A stretch of 64,000 bases of DNA from Mariniphaga sp. (lineage in GTDB: Bacteria; Bacteroidota; Bacteroidia; Bacteroidales; Prolixibacteraceae). Positions 58,151 through 64,000 of the stretch are shown one piece after another (the stretch's first letter is position 1; the number at the start of each line of letters is the position of its first letter). Position numbers and translations under genes: made by a program. Below the pieces are notes generated by a model that was given only the letters and a program-made list of their open reading frames with translations, searched no databases and was not told the origin of the DNA. Where the stretch lies: contig JAHYIT010000013.1 of assembly GCA_019429205.1 (NCBI GenBank), forward strand, positions 5,276-69,275, written 5' to 3'.

Positions 58151-58864
58151 ATGTCTGACCTAAAAAAAGCGTACAATTTTTTAGGAGGGGAGGTTTTGCT
58201 GTTTGATAAAGACCTCGAATGGACTTCGTTTGATTTGGTTCAGCGGGTTCGAAACGGGCTTTGCCGGGAAATGGGAATTAAAAAACTAAAAGTTGGCCAT
58301 GCCGGCACACTCGATCCTCTGGCAACCGGTTTGATGATTCTTTGTACCGGAAAATCAACTAAACTTATCGAGTCGTTTCAGGAAAGGGAAAAAGAGTATG
58401 TGACTACCATGAAACTGGGGGCAACAACTCCGTCTTTCGATATGGAAACTGAGGAAGACAGACAATGCGATATAAGCCATGTAACTCCTGAATTGATTGA
58501 AAAAACACTGAATAAATTTTTAGGCACAACAGATCAGGTTCCTCCTGTTTTTTCTGCAGTAAAAGTGAAGGGAAAACGGGCGTTCGAATATGCACGAAAT
58601 GGTGAAGATTTAAAACTTCAACCCAAAAATATTGTTATTGAAGATATTGTTGCAGAATCGGTTAATTTTCCCTTTGTAACCATTAGGGTGGTGTGTAGCA
58701 AAGGAACTTACATCAGGGCATTGGCACGCGATATTGGAGAGGAGTTGCAATGTGGGGCATACCTTACCGCATTGCGCCGAACCCGAATTGGAGAATTCAG
58801 GGTTGAAAATGCCATGTCAGTGGAATATTTTATGAAAAATATCGGTTCGTTTGTAACAAGTTAA
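58151..58864 (+). CDS. truB: tRNA pseudouridine(55) synthase
   Basis: The catalytic motif KVGHAGTLDPLATGLM and the GTYIRALARD motif are present. Confidence 0.9.
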   Translation: MSDLKKAYNFLGGEVLLFDKDLEWTSFDLVQRVRNGLCREMGIKKLKVGHAGTLDPLATGLMILCTGKSTKLIESFQEREKEYVTTMKLGATTPSFDMETEEDRQCDISHVTPELIEKTLNKFLGTTDQVPPVFSAVKVKGKRAFEYARNGEDLKLQPKNIVIEDIVAESVNFPFVTIRVVCSKGTYIRALARDIGEELQCGAYLTALRRTRIGEFRVENAMSVEYFMKNIGSFVTS

Positions 58865-58978
58865 AAAATGATGCGTAAAACGGGACTCTGAATTTAAGAT
58901 TTTCTGAAAAACAGAAGAGAAGAGAAAAAATATAACACGTTATTTATAAAAAAGAATTAAAAAAATAAAAAGCAGCCC

Positions 58979-60028
58979 ATGAAGTTATCAAAATTCAAGT
59001 ACGAATTAGATGAGAAAAGAATTGCACTCCACCCGGCATACAACAGGGACGAATCGAAAATGATGATATTGAACAGGGCAAAACGAACCATCGAACATAA
59101 AATGTTTAAGGACATTGTTGATTATTTTAACGATGGCGATGTGTTTGTTTTTAATGACACCAAAGTTTTTCCGGCCAGGTTATACGGGAACAAAGAAAAA
59201 ACCGGTGCCGAAATTGAAGTTTTCCTGCTTCGGGAGTTAAACCGCGAAATGAGACTGTGGGATGTTCTGGTTGATCCGGCCAGAAAAATACGAATTGGGA
59301 ATAAATTGTATTTTGGTGAAGACGATGCCCTGGTTGCTGAAGTAATTGATAACACTACTTCCCGTGGCCGTACCCTTCGGTTTTTATTCGACGGTACTTA
59401 CGACGAATTCAAAAAAACCCTTTATCAACTGGGTCAAACCCCGCTACCAAAGTTTATTAGTCGTGAAGTTGTTCCGGAAGATAAAGAGCGTTACCAAACC
59501 ATTTTTGCCAAACATGAAGGAGCCGTTGCTGCTCCAACTGCCGGCCTGCACTTTAGCCGGGAGCTGATGAAACGGCTTGAAATTAAAGGCGCCGAATCTG
59601 CTTTTATTACCCTGCATGTTGGACTCGGAAATTTCCGAAGTGTGGATGTGGAAGACCTGACCAAACATAAAATGGACTCGGAGCAAATCTGGATTAAAGA
59701 GGAAGCCTGCACGAAAGTAAACAATGCCAAAATGCAGCGTAAAAATGTTTGTGCCGTTGGTACTACCGTGATGCGGACACTTGAAAGTTCTGTTTCTACA
59801 CAAGGTTTTGTGAAACCTTTCGAAGGCTGGACAAACAAATTTATTTTTCCACCTTATGAATTTAGCGTGGCCAACCGCATGGTAACCAATTTTCATTTGC
59901 CTTATTCTACGCTGCTGATGATGGTAGCCGCTTTTGGAGGGTACGATTTTGTTATGGAAGCTTACCAGGTGGCCTTGAAAAACGATTACCGTTTTGGCAC
60001 ATACGGCGATGCCATGCTGATTCTTTAA
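58979..60028 (+). CDS. queA: S-adenosylmethionine:tRNA ribosyltransferase-isomerase (canonical copy, truB-linked)
   Basis: 349 aa with [65 protein letters not shown] and FGTYGDAML. Confidence 0.9.
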   Translation: MKLSKFKYELDEKRIALHPAYNRDESKMMILNRAKRTIEHKMFKDIVDYFNDGDVFVFNDTKVFPARLYGNKEKTGAEIEVFLLRELNREMRLWDVLVDPARKIRIGNKLYFGEDDALVAEVIDNTTSRGRTLRFLFDGTYDEFKKTLYQLGQTPLPKFISREVVPEDKERYQTIFAKHEGAVAAPTAGLHFSRELMKRLEIKGAESAFITLHVGLGNFRSVDVEDLTKHKMDSEQIWIKEEACTKVNNAKMQRKNVCAVGTTVMRTLESSVSTQGFVKPFEGWTNKFIFPPYEFSVANRMVTNFHLPYSTLLMMVAAFGGYDFVMEAYQVALKNDYRFGTYGDAMLIL

Positions 60029-60039
60029 ATCAAATTAAC

Positions 60040-60735
60040 ATGAAACATTTACTTTTTATCACTGTCCTGTTTTTTGCTTTTAACCTTTCTGCTCAAAACA
60101 ACGAAGATGTGAGGTTTATTGAAGTGCGCGGAAATGCCGAAATAGAAGTGCAACCCAACGAAATGATACTTTCAATTGCCATTCAGGAGTATTTTGAAGA
60201 AGAATTTCAGAAAAACAAAGAACCCAAAGATTACAAAACAAAAGTGCCGCTGGCCAAAATTGAAGATGGCCTGATTAAAAGTTTGCGCAAAGCCGGAATT
60301 GAAAAGGAAGATATCCGCGTGCGCGGCATGGGCAATTACTGGCGGCAGCAGGGAAAAGAGTTTCTGTTCAGTAAACAACTGGAAGTGAAAATTACCGATT
60401 TCTCGAAAGTAAACCAACTTTCCCCACTGGTTGATACCAAAGGAATCCGCTCCCTGAACGTTGGACAAATGAGCCATTCTGAACTGGAAAAATTCCGCAA
60501 ACAGGTAAAAACTGATGCACTGAAAGACGCCCGCGAAAAAGCCGGATACCTGGTTGAAAGTTTAGGCGAAGAACTGGGCGAAGTACTTTCCATCACTGAA
60601 TTGAACGATGGATATTCCCGTCCATTTTTGGCAAAAAACCGGATGATGGCTGCTGAAGCTGCATACGAAACTGTTGAAGAGGTGCAAAACATTTCTGTTT
60701 CCTATCAGGTAACAGCGCGGTTCAGGATAAAATAA
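60040..60735 (+). CDS. SIMPL (DUF541) domain periplasmic protein
   Basis: Signal peptide MKHLLFITVLFFAFNLSAQ. The size and sequence pattern (IEVRGNAEIEVQPN...VSYQVTARFRI) are typical of SIMPL proteins. Confidence 0.7.
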   Translation: MKHLLFITVLFFAFNLSAQNNEDVRFIEVRGNAEIEVQPNEMILSIAIQEYFEEEFQKNKEPKDYKTKVPLAKIEDGLIKSLRKAGIEKEDIRVRGMGNYWRQQGKEFLFSKQLEVKITDFSKVNQLSPLVDTKGIRSLNVGQMSHSELEKFRKQVKTDALKDAREKAGYLVESLGEELGEVLSITELNDGYSRPFLAKNRMMAAEAAYETVEEVQNISVSYQVTARFRIK

Positions 60736-60835
60736 ACCCGATTTTGTAAATCATTTTCTGCGAAAATCAGCGAAATCTGCGGAAAACAAATACTGAGAAA
60801 AATTAAAACTCTTAATTTGAGGCAAAAATTTCGAA

Positions 60836-61729
60836 ATGGCAGTTTTCAATATCAACCAATGTCCGGTTTGTGGCAGCAAAAAACTTAAATCGTTTATTAC
60901 CTGCACCGATTTTTTTGTGTCCGGAGAGCAGTTTGAAATCATGGAATGTAATATTTGTGGTTTCAAATTCACGGCCAATGCCGAAGATGAAGAAAACATT
61001 GGAAAATACTACCAGAGCGAAGAGTACATCTCCCATTCCAACACGTCGAAAGGTTTGGTAAATGTCGTTTACCACAATGTACGTAACTACATGCTTGGCT
61101 GTAAACGACGTCTGGTTGAAAAAGTCACCGGCGCCAAAACGGGTCACATTCTGGATGTGGGCGCCGGCACCGGATTTTTTCTGAATGAAATGAAAACCCA
61201 CGGCTGGCAGGGTTCCGGCACAGAAAAAAGTGCTGATGCCCGTGCTTTTGCCCAAAAGGAATTCGGACTGGAAATGGACGGACCAGGGCAACTTTATCCG
61301 TTTGAAAAAGAAAGTTTCGATGCCATTACCCTGTGGCACGTGCTGGAGCATATCCATCAGTTGAATGAAAATCTGGAAGCCTTTGTACGGCTGTTAAAAC
61401 CAGGTGGTAAACTAATAATTGCACTGCCAAATCATACTTCATACGATGCCCGTCATTACAAACAATACTGGGCTGCCTGGGATGTTCCCCGCCACCTGTG
61501 GCATTTTGCTCCCAAACAGGTGAAACTGTTGGCGAAAAGACACGGACTCCGGCTTACTTCACTTCATCCCATGCCGTTCGATTCCTTTTACGTTTCAATC
61601 CTCAGTGAAAAATATAAAAAATCGAAACTCGCTTTGTTTAAAGGATTAATGCACGGAAAAATTTCGTGGCTAAACAGTTTGGTTAACAAAAGCAAATGCA
61701 GTTCGGTGATTTATGTTTTTGGGAAATGA
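60836..61729 (+). CDS. Class I SAM-dependent methyltransferase with an N-terminal zinc ribbon
   Basis: The CPVCGS...CNICGF Cys pairs form the zinc ribbon. SAM motif I is ILDVGAGTGFF and a post-I acidic residue is present. Confidence 0.8.
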   Translation: MAVFNINQCPVCGSKKLKSFITCTDFFVSGEQFEIMECNICGFKFTANAEDEENIGKYYQSEEYISHSNTSKGLVNVVYHNVRNYMLGCKRRLVEKVTGAKTGHILDVGAGTGFFLNEMKTHGWQGSGTEKSADARAFAQKEFGLEMDGPGQLYPFEKESFDAITLWHVLEHIHQLNENLEAFVRLLKPGGKLIIALPNHTSYDARHYKQYWAAWDVPRHLWHFAPKQVKLLAKRHGLRLTSLHPMPFDSFYVSILSEKYKKSKLALFKGLMHGKISWLNSLVNKSKCSSVIYVFGK

Positions 61730-62509
61730 TTACTGTCCTACCCACTCTTTAAAATCCATCGCTTTCATCCGGCTGACTATCACTTCATGTTCAAATGGCG
61801 GATTCAGGCGTACTTTGAGTTTGCCGCCGAAGTAATTTTCAATTTTTTCGATGGCTTGGATGTTAATTATAACCTGCCGGTTTGCACGAAAGAACATTTC
61901 TGGGTCGAGTTGTTCCTCCAGTGCATCCAGCGAAAAATCGATAACGTGATTTTGCCGGTTGAAAGTTACAGCAGTGGTAATGCGGTTTTCACTGAAAAAA
62001 TAAGCAATGTCGTCCACCTGAAGTTTGCAAAATACATCGCCCTTCGACACCAGAAACCGTTTGCGGTATTTTTTTTCACCCTGGCGAATAGCTTCCAGAA
62101 TCTCCGAATAATCCTGATTAGCAACTACTTTACCTGACAATTGCCTGAAATTATCAAATTTTTCAATAGCTGCCACCAAATCCTTTTCTTTAAAGGGTTT
62201 TAGCAGGTAATCGATGCTGTTCACCTTAAAAGCCCGAATGGCGTAATTATCGTAGGCAGTTGTAAAAATCACCATACTTTTTACTTCTACCTGGTCAAAA
62301 ATGGAGAAACAAAGTCCATCTGCCAGTTGAATGTCCATAAAAAACAGGTCAGGATGCGGATTTTGCTGAAGCCATTCAACACTGCTTTTTACGCTTTCAA
62401 AAGTATTTACCACTTCCCATCCGGGCCGCAGCTTTTTTATCATCTCCTCCATCAGCCGGAGGTTATACGGTTCATCTTCAATCAGAATTATTTTAACGGT
62501 TTGATTCAT
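61730..62509 (-). CDS. LytTR-family response regulator
   Basis: A receiver domain (IILIEDEP...FMDIQL...K) with a C-terminal LytTR DNA-binding domain. A 4-nt ATGA overlap links it to the upstream kinase. Confidence 0.9.
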   Translation of the reverse strand: MNQTVKIILIEDEPYNLRLMEEMIKKLRPGWEVVNTFESVKSSVEWLQQNPHPDLFFMDIQLADGLCFSIFDQVEVKSMVIFTTAYDNYAIRAFKVNSIDYLLKPFKEKDLVAAIEKFDNFRQLSGKVVANQDYSEILEAIRQGEKKYRKRFLVSKGDVFCKLQVDDIAYFFSENRITTAVTFNRQNHVIDFSLDALEEQLDPEMFFRANRQVIINIQAIEKIENYFGGKLKVRLNPPFEHEVIVSRMKAMDFKEWVGQ

Positions 62510-63543
62510 AGCAAAGGAATTTCCACTTCAAATATTTTATCGTCAGAAATCACTTTCACCGGTTGGTCGGTGAGCAGGGCATAACGCTCCATCAGGTTTT
62601 TTAATCCGGTTTTTTCAGAATAGGCAGATTCTTTCAAATTCACGTTATTGCTGACAGTGAGCGTTTCAATATTCGATTTTATGCGAATGACAAGCGGTTC
62701 TTCTTTTACCGCGATGTTGTGTTTCACTGCATTTTCAACCAGCAATTGCAGCGCCAGCGGAGGAATCTCTTTTTTCAGTGCGGTTTCATCAATTTCCGTT
62801 TTTACTTTGAAAGAATCACCCATCCGTTCTTTATGAATTTCGATATATGCTTCCAGAAATTCCAGCTCTTCGGAGAGTTTTGCCGTAGTTTTTTCCCGGC
62901 TTTGCAATACGTAACGGTAAACGTCAGTAAAATTTTGCGTAAAAAGAACGGCTGCATTCGGGTCAAAGGTAATCATCGATTTTAGTACACTTAAGTTGTT
63001 AAACAGAAAATGCGGATTCAACTGTGCCTGCAAAGAGTTGTAGTCGCTTTTCAGCTTCAGGCTTTTTAGCTCTTCCAGTTGTCGCATAGAATAAATCCAC
63101 TTTTCAATAATACGCAGTGAAACCGAAAAAACAGTGATAATAAAAATGAAGATCAGTCCGAGGAGCATCATCAGTTGCACAATGGGATGGGAAAAGAACA
63201 ACGCTTCCTTTACAATGAAGGAAAAATAAAACACAACGGCCACTGCAATGAGCAAACTGACAACGAAATGCAACACGACGCGCAAGCTTATTTTTTTCGG
63301 AATGGGAAGGAAGCGTTCGGCCAGGTGGTCAAAAAACACATTGCTTTCGCTGATAATATTGAAAATGAGTACCACCTGAAAGTATTCAAGCGCTGTAACA
63401 CGAATGGTTGTATCACCTGCAATTTCAATGGACAGAAAAAAGAACAGCAATCCCACACCGCTTACCAGAGTCACCCTGATGAGAAAACTTTGCAGGGTAT
63501 AAGCCGAAAGCCGGCTCAAAAAGTGGAGTTCGCTGTTTTTCAT
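62506..63543 (-). CDS. LytS/YehU-type sensor histidine kinase (His_kinase PF06580-like)
   Basis: ATG at 63543 (the track uses a TTG at 63567). About 4 TM helices, then LQAQLNPHFLFNNL (the LytS-type H-box) and an HATPase region. Confidence 0.85.
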   Translation of the reverse strand: MKNSELHFLSRLSAYTLQSFLIRVTLVSGVGLLFFFLSIEIAGDTTIRVTALEYFQVVLIFNIISESNVFFDHLAERFLPIPKKISLRVVLHFVVSLLIAVAVVFYFSFIVKEALFFSHPIVQLMMLLGLIFIFIITVFSVSLRIIEKWIYSMRQLEELKSLKLKSDYNSLQAQLNPHFLFNNLSVLKSMITFDPNAAVLFTQNFTDVYRYVLQSREKTTAKLSEELEFLEAYIEIHKERMGDSFKVKTEIDETALKKEIPPLALQLLVENAVKHNIAVKEEPLVIRIKSNIETLTVSNNVNLKESAYSEKTGLKNLMERYALLTDQPVKVISDDKIFEVEIPLL

Positions 63544-63584
63544 TCCTATGTTTGTTGCTTTTCCCAAAGGTACTTTTTTTTGTT

Positions 63585-63845
63585 GAGTTGGTGACCCTCG
63601 GTCACCCGCTCAATAGTGGTAAATTAGCTGGTGTCCGCCAGCCGGCGGATCACCTGCTTAATCATGTTGTTGTTTCTCTTATTCACCAGCTGAACTCCAG
63701 TCAGCAGGTGAATTCTACCTTTGAGCTGGTGGCTCTAAGTCCACCTGCTCAATTTGTCAGGCTACCTTTGAGCTGGTGGCTCTAAGTCCACCTGCTCAAT
63801 TTGTCAGGCTGCTTTATTCGCCAGCTGACTTTAAGTCAGCAGGTG
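63585..63845. repeat. REP-like array of six related imperfect hairpins
   Basis: Hairpins lie at 63585-63611, 63626-63658, 63684-63710, 63723-63750, 63770-63797 and 63819-63845. All are built on AGCTGGTG/CACCTGCT or the inverse CACCAGCT/AGCAGGTG. Confidence 0.75.
63715..63808. repeat. Perfect 47-bp tandem duplication (2 units) inside the hairpin array
   Basis: CTACCTTTGAGCTGGTGGCTCTAAGTCCACCTGCTCAATTTGTCAGG occurs at 63715-63761 and again, identically, at 63762-63808. Confidence 0.9.
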
Positions 63846-64000
63846 AAACAGCCAACTTCCCGGTGGCTTTCAGCCAGGCGGTTTCTTTCATTTTGAAATC
63901 GGTTTTGGAATCGATTAGCTCGCTGTAAGCCTGCTGCCAACTGGTTTGTGCCATCAGCATTTCGGTGATGGTTTCCATACCCACTTCGAAGTTGTCGCTG
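63814..64000 (-). CDS. TolC-family outer-membrane efflux protein, C-terminal fragment cut by the window edge
   Basis: The minus-strand frame reads ...FEVGMETITEMLMAQTSWQQAYSELIDSKTDFKMKETAWLKATGKLAVSPADLKSAGE*. This is the typical last coiled-coil repeat of TolC/OprM-type proteins. Confidence 0.55.
   Translation of the reverse strand, partial: SDNFEVGMETITEMLMAQTSWQQAYSELIDSKTDFKMKETAWLKATGKLAVSPADLKSAGE

Noticed and set aside
63552-63785. 77-aa ORF across the hairpin array
   Set aside because: The reading frame is generated by the repeated palindromic units. No start context or protein-like features are present.
63715-63808. Possible CRISPR array
   Set aside because: There are only two directly abutting identical 47-bp units, no unique spacers and no cas genes. 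The units are palindromic REP-like hairpins.
1-64000. tRNA, rRNA, tmRNA or SRP RNA genes
   Set aside because: I saw no cloverleaf-type conserved T-loop/acceptor patterns or rRNA-like stretches in the intergenic regions. Nearly all of the sequence is accounted for by protein-coding genes and the repeats listed above.

Overview
The window looks like a chromosomal segment of a Bacteroidota genome. Evidence for this is the phylum-typical DUF3276 and DUF3098 proteins, the gene order ftsX-DUF3098-uppP-truB-queA, lipoprotein-type glycoside hydrolases, and a TTTG/TAnnTTTG-type promoter. It is densely coding, with about 55 genes, mostly housekeeping: ffh, folD, nth, ndk, truB, queA, uppP, ftsX and an ABC-F ATPase. 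I found no rRNA, tRNA or CRISPR array.

Notable blocks:
- An imuB-like/dnaE2 mutagenesis pair facing an SRAP gene. Between them lie a MITE-like element and a decayed toxin-antitoxin locus.
- A Na+-pumping methylmalonyl-CoA decarboxylase (succinate-to-propionate) operon whose beta subunit carries an extra N-terminal domain.
- A 1021-aa secreted protein built from 13 repeats of about 70 aa, with a recent internal duplication.
- A K+ homeostasis island: trkH, a KdpD-like kinase, a KdpE-like regulator, an output-less 4HB-HAMP protein, trkH, trkA and a CPA2 antiporter. A KdpE-type TTTATA-N5-TTTATA box precedes it.
- Two divergent queA paralogs.

The non-coding signals are the least explained part of the window:
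- A nested-inverted-repeat element of about 226 bp, present three times.
- A 99-bp promoter/leader cassette shared by phzF and pepD.
- A REP-like array of six hairpins that all carry the same stem mismatch.
- A frameshifted RibD_C/DHFR-family gene relic.

All calls come from reading the sequence and translations by eye. No database search was run.
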